Part shown: positions 9,398 through 18,361 of the stretch, in pieces
Layout: each line of letters opens with the position of its first letter
Numbering within the stretch: position 1 is the first letter of the stretch
From: Hausera hauseri
Taxonomy: Eukaryota
Reading direction: 5' to 3'
DNA length: 64,000 nt
Assembly (NCBI GenBank): GCA_046269625.1
Contig: JBJURY010111096.1
Span: 1-64,000, forward strand
Made by a program: the position numbers and the translations under genes
The notes under the pieces: model-generated
What the model saw: only the letters and a program-made list of their open reading frames with translations
What the model was told of the DNA's origin: nothing
Databases searched by the model: none

Positions 9398-9410
9398 CGC
9401 TACAAATATA

Positions 9411-9668
9411 CTAAATCTCCTCAACAAACATAGGCTTGATCAAAGCTTCATCCTGGCTTACCACAGCGTACACGATCTTATCCAGTAGAAAACTCTCCGA
9501 CTGCTCGGTTGGATGCAGCTCGCACCACGCAAACAAGCGATAGCCCCCCGGACCGCGCCGGAAGCTTATAGGGTACACATTTCGATACATCCCATTGTAC
9601 CGGATCATCACATATCTGTTCTCCCTAATCGCTTTTTTACACACCCGAAGTACGCTCTCATAGTCCAT
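9411..9668 (-). CDS. stand-alone WYL-domain protein (probable start MDYESV at 9668)
   Basis: AIRENRYVMIRY...RNVYP...YRLFAWC...SFLLDKI WYL pattern; TAACTTTG at 9674-9681. Confidence 0.75.
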   Translation of the reverse strand: MDYESVLRVCKKAIRENRYVMIRYNGMYRNVYPISFRRGPGGYRLFAWCELHPTEQSESFLLDKIVYAVVSQDEALIKPMFVEEI

Positions 9669-9779
9669 TTCTACAAAGTTAGCATAAAAAAAACCTTTTT
9701 CACCACCTCCCAAACCCCCATTTTCGCTAATCGATTGTGCGTCAGCAAGATCACTGAAATCGACACCAACGTAAACGGT

Positions 9780-10069
9780 TGATAATCAATGAGTGCAAGA
9801 TAGTTTGCTGATAATCAATGCTAAATCAAAAAGGTGACAGATAAATATGACAGATTTCTTGTTGCAACACAGCAACTTAGGGCCATGTGACAGATTTTAA
9901 GCAAATGTCACACTTTCTATAATTGAACGTTTTCTATGTATCAGTTACATACCATATTTTACACCATTATAAAAGATATATATATATATATATAATATGG
10001 TTAACTATATAATAATCAATAACTAATCTGTCACTTCTTCTATTGTACCCATCTGACATGCATCTGTCA
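9780..10069. repeat. ori-like iteron region
   Basis: TGACAGAT at 9835, 9848 and 9888; inverted ATCTGTCA at 10026 and 10062; central (AT)n run 9976-9994; TGATAATCAATG at 9780 and 9809. Confidence 0.65.
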
Positions 10070-10507
10070 CTTGTCATTGTACTTTATTTTGATTTGCTTG
10101 TATTATGGAAAGATAACGGCCGGTTGGGGTCAATATTATACGCTTTCCCCCACCTCCAGCGCATCCGAAACGGATTTGCGCGAGGCGGGTAGGTGTCTGT
10201 GATGTTTTGCGTGTAATATGGCGACCAAACCGAAACCGCAACGAAGTGGGAAGAAAGCAAAGCAAAATCAAAGAGCAACCAACTAAGCGCATCAAAGGAC
10301 ATTGAAGCAACGACCAATCAAATAGATCGCAAACCTGTAACGCTCGTTACTGATTTGCTACAAATCTGCATCCATAACCGCCCGACGTTTGCGCCAATGG
10401 TTCAGCCATTGCCTTCAATCCTGATCGTTTCGACCATTTCAGCCCAAAAGTTCAGCAGACCGAAGAAAATTGCTAAAATGCACCAAATCAATTCTTTTCC
10501 ATAAATA

Positions 10508-10620
10508 ATAAAAATAATATTACAAAAAAATATTACCTATTTTACGTAATGGCTTTTAGGTAACAAAAAATAGCATTGATACTCAATGACTTTTATAAAT
10601 TATAAAAATAATATTACAAA
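10508..10620. repeat. 19-bp direct repeat ATAAAAATAATATTACAAA upstream of the early promoter
   Basis: Identical copies at 10508-10526 and 10602-10620. Confidence 0.7.
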
Positions 10621-10646
10621 TAATAAGGATCGTATAGATTTAGAAC

Positions 10647-10654
10647 TATATTTG
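10647..10654 (+). promoter_or_regulatory. promoter of the early gene array (TATATTTG)
   Basis: TAnnTTTG 26 nt before the ATG at 10681, in AT-rich context. Confidence 0.7.
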
Positions 10655-10680
10655 TATAAATAATAAAAATAATTAACACC

Positions 10681-10950
10681 ATGAGCAATTCAATAAAGCA
10701 TAATTTCAAATTAGAGGCACTTAACAGCATATTGAGAAACCTTCAAAACAACGGGTTTAAAGAATATTTAAACACTTGGGAAAAACTAACAGTAACCGGT
10801 GACGAGGATATGAACCATATTGCTTTAACCTGTACAAAAGGATATTACAATGGGGTGATAGCCGATATTTATTACAATGAGAAAACTGGGAGGAGTTGGA
10901 TTGAATATTCAGGACAACGCAAAGACATTGATACATCAGCATTAAATTAA
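10681..10950 (+). CDS. hypothetical early protein
   Basis: First ORF of the co-oriented small-gene array. Confidence 0.6.
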   Translation: MSNSIKHNFKLEALNSILRNLQNNGFKEYLNTWEKLTVTGDEDMNHIALTCTKGYYNGVIADIYYNEKTGRSWIEYSGQRKDIDTSALN

Positions 10951-10991
10951 TAATTGTAAAAAAAATATTAACCATTAAAAAAATAAACACT

Positions 10992-11594
10992 ATGAAAAAA
11001 CTACTTACTACTTGCGGAATGGTACTAATGTACTTCGCAATCCCATTTCTAACCTTCCAAGTGATTTGCGCCCTTGTATCGTGGGTTAATCCCATAGAAT
11101 TAATGCGGGACATTAAAGGCGATTTCGCCATGTGCAAAATTCTCGGATTTTTTGTGGGTTTGTTTTGTCTGTTTTATATGATTTCAGAACAGATGGAGGA
11201 AAATAAAAAGGGGGGGGCAACGATGATTCGGAACATTCATACCAACATCATGGGAACAATCAGTTTCGAAATGAAGCTAAAAGGGTGGCGCAAATTTCAA
11301 GACTTTATTGTATACCCTATCAGCAAGGGTTCGCAGAGTAAAAAGATCACAATACAGAGTGACACAAGAATAGGAACGCTAAACGTTGAGAGTGGCAAAG
11401 GGATTATCTCTTTGCCACATTCGGGCGGTGCTTACTTTGTCCACCTTCAAACTGATCCACTCACTGAATTTGAATTGACTTCTTTAGATGCTCAATCTTT
11501 ACGCTTGGCAATTTTTACGAGTGCTGATAGCCATGCGGGTAGTCGGGGGATTATTTCAGATAATAGTGGGGCTATTAATATACTTAACGCATGA
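10992..11594 (+). CDS. membrane protein fused across a G8 tract to a soluble domain (internal start at 11223)
   Basis: Two TM helices, then KKGGAT-MIRNIHTN; G8 at 11210-11217. Confidence 0.55.
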   Translation: MKKLLTTCGMVLMYFAIPFLTFQVICALVSWVNPIELMRDIKGDFAMCKILGFFVGLFCLFYMISEQMEENKKGGATMIRNIHTNIMGTISFEMKLKGWRKFQDFIVYPISKGSQSKKITIQSDTRIGTLNVESGKGIISLPHSGGAYFVHLQTDPLTEFELTSLDAQSLRLAIFTSADSHAGSRGIISDNSGAINILNA

Positions 11595-12028
11595 ACATCA
11601 TGGAGCAATATTACGACCTCAGACCAACGCACAAAGCGAACAATATACAAGTGCAATTTCATAAGCGAGTTTATTATGCGGGTATGCCAGTTGATTCATT
11701 GGAATTACAGAAAACTACCGACATGGCTGACTATTACGATGTAATTTCTAAAGGTTTAAAACTTGGTAGCATCATATTAAGCCATGAAGATTCTAAGGAA
11801 ATAAACTACGTTTTGAATCGGGTACAATTCAAGTTGATTAGTGGCAGTTATGTATGCCATTATTTACGCATTGCGAACGATTACAGCGATGCAATTCGTT
11901 TGGCTAAGGGATTGCAACCACAAGGGAAAAAGTATCATTCTAAGAGGTTCGGGGGTGGCATTGCTTTCGATTGCTCCGAAGATGATTTGATAAATCTTAA
12001 TAAACAGATTCAAGACCTTAACGCATGA
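11591..12028 (+). CDS. hypothetical early protein
   Basis: ATGA overlaps on both sides; GKKYHSKRFGGGIAF motif. Confidence 0.6.
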   Translation: MNIMEQYYDLRPTHKANNIQVQFHKRVYYAGMPVDSLELQKTTDMADYYDVISKGLKLGSIILSHEDSKEINYVLNRVQFKLISGSYVCHYLRIANDYSDAIRLAKGLQPQGKKYHSKRFGGGIAFDCSEDDLINLNKQIQDLNA

Positions 12029-12561
12029 ACAAGATTGAAAAGATTGTAAAAACTAAGGGCATCAATGGGCTGACTGATCAAGAAATCAGTCAGCTCTTGA
12101 ATGTACAACGTCCACACGTTGAAGAATTGGTAATCGAGTATGCAAGACGCAAACATCAAAAGCGCATTTGGGAGCAAGAAAGACAACAAAAAATACCTTC
12201 TTCTGTTGAGGCTTATGAATACATCACGCCCTTCTTGATGGGCTTGGAGGTTGAGCATTTTTATTGTCTGTATATGCGCAGAAATAATTCAATCATAAGC
12301 ATCCGCAAGATTGGGGAGGGTGGTATTAATGCTTGTACTGTTGATGCTCGTATCATTTTAAAACACGCTATTTTGTTAGGTGCTACCGCTTTGATTTTGG
12401 CGCACAATCACCCAAGAGGAACAAAGAAGCCGAGCGAATCAGATATAAAACTGACTAGGCAAATTAAAGAGAGTGCAAAAATTATGGAGATCATGGTAAT
12501 GGATCACCTTATCTATACTGACAATGGCTATTACTCCTTCGCTGATGAAGGGCAGATATAA
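12025..12561 (+). CDS. radC: RadC-family (UPF0758) JAB/MPN domain protein
   Basis: EHFYCLY, GEGGINACTVD, ILAHNHPRG..PSESD, DHLI..YYSFADEG. Confidence 0.9.
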   Translation: MNKIEKIVKTKGINGLTDQEISQLLNVQRPHVEELVIEYARRKHQKRIWEQERQQKIPSSVEAYEYITPFLMGLEVEHFYCLYMRRNNSIISIRKIGEGGINACTVDARIILKHAILLGATALILAHNHPRGTKKPSESDIKLTRQIKESAKIMEIMVMDHLIYTDNGYYSFADEGQI

Positions 12562-12566
12562 AGCAA

Positions 12567-12845
12567 ATGAAAAATCTAAATCTATTAAACTACTCCGCAA
12601 AGTGCGTAGTAGTTTACGGGGATGGCACGAAAGACCACAAGACTGAATTAAAGCAAATGGGCGGTAAATGGAATAGCCACTTGAAGCATCCACAAACGGG
12701 CGAAACCTTCGGAGGATGGATCTATCCAACCAAGAAAGAAAACGATCTCAAAGCCTTTATAAATGCCAATGCAAAGGAAGTAGAGAGTAACGAACTCGCC
12801 TACATTGATGGGGCGTTAATTGATGCTTACACTGGCGCAAAATAA
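12567..12845 (+). CDS. conserved hypothetical protein (DUF5710-like)
   Basis: YSAKCVVVYGDGTKDHKTELKQMGGKWN..GGWIY pattern. Confidence 0.5.
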   Translation: MKNLNLLNYSAKCVVVYGDGTKDHKTELKQMGGKWNSHLKHPQTGETFGGWIYPTKKENDLKAFINANAKEVESNELAYIDGALIDAYTGAK

Positions 12846-12895
12846 TTCAATCAATGGGGAGGGGTTCGCCTCTCCCCTTAAAAAGCTACCACAAC

Positions 12896-13051
12896 ATGAA
12901 AGCAAAACGCACACGCATCAAAATGAGCCTAACAAAAGTTGGTGAGGCGGTATTCTTAGTAAAGCACAAAAGTCCGTTCGGATGGCATTACAAAGGCATG
13001 ACCACGCAATCACTTGCGACTGCTCGGCAATGGTACAGATCGGGAAACTAA
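12896..13051 (+). CDS. small basic hypothetical protein
   Basis: Start MKAKRT is more plausible than 12854, which lies in a hairpin. Confidence 0.45.
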   Translation: MKAKRTRIKMSLTKVGEAVFLVKHKSPFGWHYKGMTTQSLATARQWYRSGN

Positions 13052-13085
13052 ATAATAATTTAAACCAATAAAAAACAAAAGCAAA

Positions 13086-13556
13086 ATGGGATTAGATATG
13101 TATTTATCAAAAAGAACCTACGCGGGAGCAAACTATAAACACCGCAACGTAGAGGGCAAAGTAAAACTAACTGCCAACAAAAAACCAATTAACATTAAGA
13201 TGGAGCGAATATCCATCATTGACGAGGTTATTGGGTATTGGCGTAAAGCAAACCATATCCATCATTGGTTTGTCACCCATTGTCAAGATGGGGTTGACGA
13301 TTGTAGAGAGGCGGAGGTAAGTAAAGAGCAATTATTAAAACTACTTGCCGACTGCAAGGCTATAAAAGACAATCACTCCCTTGCCGAAAGTGTTATGCCT
13401 ACTCAATCGGGGTTCTTCTTTGGCGGAACTGATTACGATGAAGGGTATTTTGAAGATATTAACTATACTATAAAAATCATTGAAGATTTGATAGACGAAG
13501 GCAACAAGGAGGGAGAATATTTAGGGTTCGATGTTTATTATTCATCATCTTGGTAA
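13086..13556 (+). CDS. conserved phage hypothetical protein (MGLDMYL / YWRKAN family)
   Basis: MGLDMYL, YWRKANHIHHWF, PTQSGFFFG, YYSSSW signature widespread in phages. Confidence 0.7.
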   Translation: MGLDMYLSKRTYAGANYKHRNVEGKVKLTANKKPINIKMERISIIDEVIGYWRKANHIHHWFVTHCQDGVDDCREAEVSKEQLLKLLADCKAIKDNHSLAESVMPTQSGFFFGGTDYDEGYFEDINYTIKIIEDLIDEGNKEGEYLGFDVYYSSSW

Positions 13557-13622
13557 TTGTTTCATAACAAATAAACTTAAAGCGGGGTGAAGCATCCGAG
13601 CAAAACACTTCTTAAACAACAA

Positions 13623-14012
13623 ATGGAAATCAAACTAACTAAAGAAGAAAGCGAGGAGTATTTCTACAATGCTCTATGCAACGGATTAAGCCTAATTGAA
13701 AGCTATGGCTTTGTATTAGATTATGATGAACCCAAGTATGAGGAAGCGAGGAAAAAACTTGTTGATAACAAACAAAATTCTTGCTATGATGATACTTTAA
13801 TGCAACTGCTTCGTGATGGTGGAACGCTGACAATGGTAGACATTGAGGGAGATGGTGATGGCAATAGCACCATCAATTTAAACGATGTGCATGAGCGTGT
13901 ACAGAAAACAGATATTAGGCATCTGTCTGACATGATTAACGAAAATGATGACGGAGAAACCGCAGACGTAATACTGCAATTCGTATTCTTCGGATCAATA
14001 ATCTACTCTTAA
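13623..14012 (+). CDS. acidic hypothetical early protein
   Basis: C-terminal DGETADVILQFVFFGSIIY motif; likely start MEIKL. Confidence 0.6.
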   Translation: MEIKLTKEESEEYFYNALCNGLSLIESYGFVLDYDEPKYEEARKKLVDNKQNSCYDDTLMQLLRDGGTLTMVDIEGDGDGNSTINLNDVHERVQKTDIRHLSDMINENDDGETADVILQFVFFGSIIYS

Positions 14013-14026
14013 AACAACAATCAGCT

Positions 14027-14440
14027 ATGTTAAAACTAAAAGCAATTATTAATGTTGATCTTCCTATAAAAAAGGATTTGATTAATTCGGGGGCATTTCC
14101 TCTCAACGTTGGCGCACTAACCATTCGCTCTAAGGATGGAAAAAGAGAATATGTAATTGATTCCTCACATACAAATTATATCTCCCCAAAAACAAAAGGG
14201 GGTGTTCTCTCCTTTGAATCTCAGTGCGATGTTGATCTCGAAATTTTTCCTTTGGCAAAAGACAATTATAATATTACCGAAGAAGATTTGCATGATTGTG
14301 TCGGGGTGTTTTATTGTTCAGATACGGATTGTGAAGATGGCGAGGATTGTTTTGATTATGATAAAGCAAGAGCAATAGCAATCATCACTGATATTGATAC
14401 TGAAAAAGAATATAAAATTCCTATAACGTTAGAAGTTTAA
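14027..14440 (+). CDS. hypothetical early protein
   Basis: 137-aa ORF in the array. Confidence 0.55.
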   Translation: MLKLKAIINVDLPIKKDLINSGAFPLNVGALTIRSKDGKREYVIDSSHTNYISPKTKGGVLSFESQCDVDLEIFPLAKDNYNITEEDLHDCVGVFYCSDTDCEDGEDCFDYDKARAIAIITDIDTEKEYKIPITLEV

Positions 14441-14481
14441 AAATCGGGAGGGGCAACCCTCCCTTAAAACCTATTAATAAC

Positions 14482-14979
14482 ATGAAACAATTAACAGACA
14501 AACAAAATCAAATTATAGCCTCGATAACTGAGGAGTTTAACAGAATCAACGAAAGCAACATTCCAAGTGGATCATTCAACTTGATTGACATTGATGGGCT
14601 GAACAGAAAAAATCGTGAAAACGCAGAGGATAGAGCCATGATTGAGACAGACAGACAGACATGGGAGAAAATGGCGATTGACGAAGCCAATACAATAGTT
14701 GAACTGCTTAAAAAGGATTTACCGCCCTATATAAAGGCAGAAAGAAAACCTAAGAGCGTATATCCCGAAATAACAATCTACGACCACGACCATAAGTATA
14801 TAATAGGCATAATGATCAAAGTTATTTATGAAAGAGTTGAACTGCGCCATGACTTTATTACTCAAAAAGGAAAAGAATTGAGGTATTGCTTTGCTAAATT
14901 AGAATGTTGCACAAAAGAAGAACTATTTCAATCCAATTACTTTACCAAAGAATTTAGAAAATTATTAAAACTCTCTTAA
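14482..14979 (+). CDS. hypothetical early protein
   Basis: 165-aa ORF in the array. Confidence 0.55.
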   Translation: MKQLTDKQNQIIASITEEFNRINESNIPSGSFNLIDIDGLNRKNRENAEDRAMIETDRQTWEKMAIDEANTIVELLKKDLPPYIKAERKPKSVYPEITIYDHDHKYIIGIMIKVIYERVELRHDFITQKGKELRYCFAKLECCTKEELFQSNYFTKEFRKLLKLS

Positions 14980-14982
14980 CAA

Positions 14983-15453
14983 ATGGAAACTAAAACTTAT
15001 TTGGTTACTCGTGCCGATACGAACAACGAGTGGAATCAGTGTGAATTTGGTATTATTCCGATTGATGACAAGTTTATCAAATGGCTTGAAACAATCAGTG
15101 ATGCCACTAAATTTATGTGTAAGACGTTAGCGGATGCTAAACATATCGACCAATATGACTTTCAAAATATCAAACTGAGAAATTTAGATTTGAATTTTTT
15201 TGCGAATGCAGATGAAATCTTTTTAGAGGATGAACATGATTTTATGATTGTAGATTTGAGCGATCGGGAGATTGAAGGTTTTACTGCATTGGATAGAGGG
15301 GTTTCATCCGATTACATACTCTTTGACGCAGTTGGCTTTATCCAATGGACTGCGTATGGCAAAAATGAAGGCGAAGAGTATTGGAGTATGGAATTAAGAC
15401 TTGCCAATATTATAAAACAATATACAACCTTTAAAAACCAAATTACTCAATGA
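14983..15453 (+). CDS. acidic hypothetical early protein
   Basis: 156-aa D/E-rich ORF. Confidence 0.55.
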   Translation: METKTYLVTRADTNNEWNQCEFGIIPIDDKFIKWLETISDATKFMCKTLADAKHIDQYDFQNIKLRNLDLNFFANADEIFLEDEHDFMIVDLSDREIEGFTALDRGVSSDYILFDAVGFIQWTAYGKNEGEEYWSMELRLANIIKQYTTFKNQITQ

Positions 15454-17043
15454 GTACAGAAGCAAAATTTCTTGTAAAAGACATATCGGGCAGAGGCTAC
15501 CGCTACTCCGATACATTGTCAAACATCTTACCTAAAATTAATAAGGAAGAAGATGCGGAATTATACGAGTGGCTTGAAGATGCGGAGTTTGGTGATGAAT
15601 ACACCGATATGCAATCAGCAACCAAATACATCAGAATAGAATAAAGTATGGACATATTAACTCTCATTCTAAACGTGATTGACAAGCATAATTGCTTTAG
15701 TCATTCTAATCTGACCATTGGTGATGTTCGATTTGTACGTGACACTATTGAGGTGTGGCGTGAAGATGAACCACTCGCCAGTGATGAAACACTAATCGAA
15801 AAAATGTTAATTAACTTAATGAACCCACCGAAATGACTAAAAACGAAAAACGACTAAATGAGTTCTTCAATCTAATTTACACTGAAGATGAAATTGTAGA
15901 AAAGTATTTCTACATCACTAATCCGAGCAGAGGAAAGCACTGCTCGGAAAAAGCCTTACGTAGAGGCTATAAAAACAACCGCATCGGCAGTATGCTACGC
16001 ATATACGATCCGATAGCTTATCAATTAACCATTAAAGAATATATACTATGATTACACAAAAAACAATTCCGCAAGGTGATGTTTGGATCAATGATGAATT
16101 GGGCTATCCCGAAAATCTTGGATGCAACGAAAGTGGTATTAAAGAAATATTGGGCGATCTTCTTCAAAAGATCGGCGATGAAAAGGGGATGCTATCTATT
16201 GTTAGTCTTGCCAACAAGTATTTGCCTATTGCCATAAACAAGGCACAAACACCACAAGACCTTGTTCTGTTTACTGCCACTATTCTACTTTACATCAGCT
16301 TCTATTTTGAAGATAATAAGCAAAGGGGAAGGAGCATGGAGGTAAAGGACATGATTGTTATTGAGAACCTGGATGAAATGGTTAAGAATGGCAATCCATT
16401 GGCAAAGGAGTTAAAGGAACTCATTAAAAGCGAAACGATGTTACGGAGCGCACTTGAAGAATCTCACCAATTAATTTACGCAGTATCTAAAATGATAAAA
16501 CAACCTAAAAAGCAAGGAGGTCAAGATGGCAAACAAGCATGATGCCGACAAAGTAATTATTAAGGAGTGTGCGGTGGGAACGGAATGGTTCAGCACCCAA
16601 CCCTCAAACAACATCCAATCGTTTGCGAGATCGATTGGCGTGGAGGTTAAAAGCCAATTAAACTACGTTATAGAGAAGGAATCGGGTACTTCATCACGTA
16701 TATGGAAATATACGATCACTGACAGACCGCAATTAGAGGAAACTGAATCAGCAGTAGAAATAAAGGAGGCACTATGAATCATAAGGTAATAAAAATACTT
16801 GACGTATTTTGTAGCAACCGGAAAGAGTATGGTGAACTGGTGATGATGGCTTCCGAATTGTGGGCAGTAGGATTGGCTGACTATAAGGACAATCATTTAA
16901 AGGAACACATCTATTCTGCCGATCCCGACATTTATAAAGAGAGGGAGGATGAACTAACAATCGAAACGAAGGATCTTTTGGCTCAAATACTCCCAATCTG
17001 TGAGAAGAAAGATTGTTGTTATTTTAGGCTATTAATATCGTAA
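15450..17043 (+). CDS. run of six coupled small hypothetical genes (15450-15644, 15648-15836, 15833-16051, 16048-16542, 16526-16777, 16774-17043)
   Basis: Co-oriented with overlapping start/stop codons; no recognisable motifs. Confidence 0.55.
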
Positions 17044-17053
17044 TTAGCCATTT

Positions 17054-17071
17054 ACAGCCCCGTAAGGCTGT
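17054..17071 (+). terminator. hairpin ACAGCC-ccgtaa-GGCTGT, possible terminator
   Basis: Lies between the stop at 17043 and a new promoter. Confidence 0.4.
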
Positions 17072-17107
17072 TATTAAAATTTTTACCTAATTTTACCCTA
17101 AAGGATA

Positions 17108-17115
17108 TATATTTG
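17108..17115 (+). promoter_or_regulatory. TATATTTG promoter, probably leaderless mRNA
   Basis: 4 nt before the ATG at 17120. Confidence 0.65.
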
Positions 17116-17119
17116 TACC

Positions 17120-18361
17120 ATGTACACGCTTGTAAAGAATAGCGAAAACGGATTGCAACCCTACTACGAAACCGATAGAGAGTTTGGTGGTACGGATGGT
17201 GCTATCTTGCTGATGATGGACATTTCATTGGCTGAATTAAATGAAGATAGGCATGGTGTATCGGAGGATACGTACAATGAGTTAAACCGATTGATGATAT
17301 TCGGCAGTGTGAAGGAGTGCATTGATTTTTGGTCAGCGCATCCCGAAGTAAACGTGAAAGAATTACACTTAATATTAACGCAGGAATTTCTTGCAGGACA
17401 AAAACTCTTATTCTAATGGCAGACATTAAATGGATCTTCAACGAAGGTCGTACAGTGGTGCTTGATTCACAAGCGATGAAAAAAAATGAAGTTTATAAAA
17501 TCTCGGAAGAGAGGGCGCAAGTTTTAACACAACGCCTATTACAATTTGCAGAAATGAGAATTAGATTAAAGGTTGGCGAACCCTTAAAATTCGCTTATGA
17601 GATTTGTGAAAACATAGAAGAGTTTATGTATTGCATTGAGTTTGCGGGTAATCTTGAAGGTAGGAATCAATTTATAGCTATGGTTTCAAATATTGATCCA
17701 CCGATGGCAGCATTGCTAAAACTATCATTAAGTGATTTCGTAAACGGAAAAAACAACCCCAAGTTACAATGAGAGTAGGAGTAATAATTATTTGGATATG
17801 CGTGATCGCCATGTTTGGTGTGCTATACGTCAGCCAATCCGCCCATACTGCAATAGTGGAGTACAAAAGAATTAACCCAAGTGGTGTAGTGGATTCAGCA
17901 TTATGCCAACGCATCATAATAAAATACCAACTTAACCATGCACAACAAAATCAATTCTATCGAAGCATCAAATGATCATTCGGTGCAAGAGCTATTCTAC
18001 GATCAAATCTTTGACGAGTTGGATGAAGAAGGACATTACTACTTCCGTTCATCAAGGATATGTTTGATCCGTAAAGGCAACTACCTGGTAGGCTCAAAAG
18101 CATCACTGGAGCGTGTGAAGTTGGAGGTGAGTGAACAATACTTTAGCAAAAAATTCAGACATGACACCCATAGCGACATTAACTAATTTAGACAGAGCAG
18201 TACAATGCTTGGTTAAAGATGAAAGCTTACACCTTAGTATGTTCATCACCCCGAAAGGATTACTCATTTATACACTTTATATAACTCATGGAACCAACCA
18301 ACCAAGAAACGAAACCGAGCCACCAACTAGAAACAATGGTGGCAACACTGCCGGAAACTAA
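17120..18361 (+). CDS. small hypothetical genes (17120-17416, 17416-17772, 17769-17975 membrane, 17938-18186, about 18161-18361)
   Basis: Coupled ORFs without recognisable motifs. Confidence 0.5.

Noticed and set aside
9780-10069. CRISPR array
   Set aside because: Repeats are 8-12 bp, irregularly spaced and partly inverted, with no repeat-spacer periodicity and no cas genes.
10074-10317. ORFs 10074-10310 and 10084-10317
   Set aside because: Overlapping, atypical composition and no start context; more likely non-coding.
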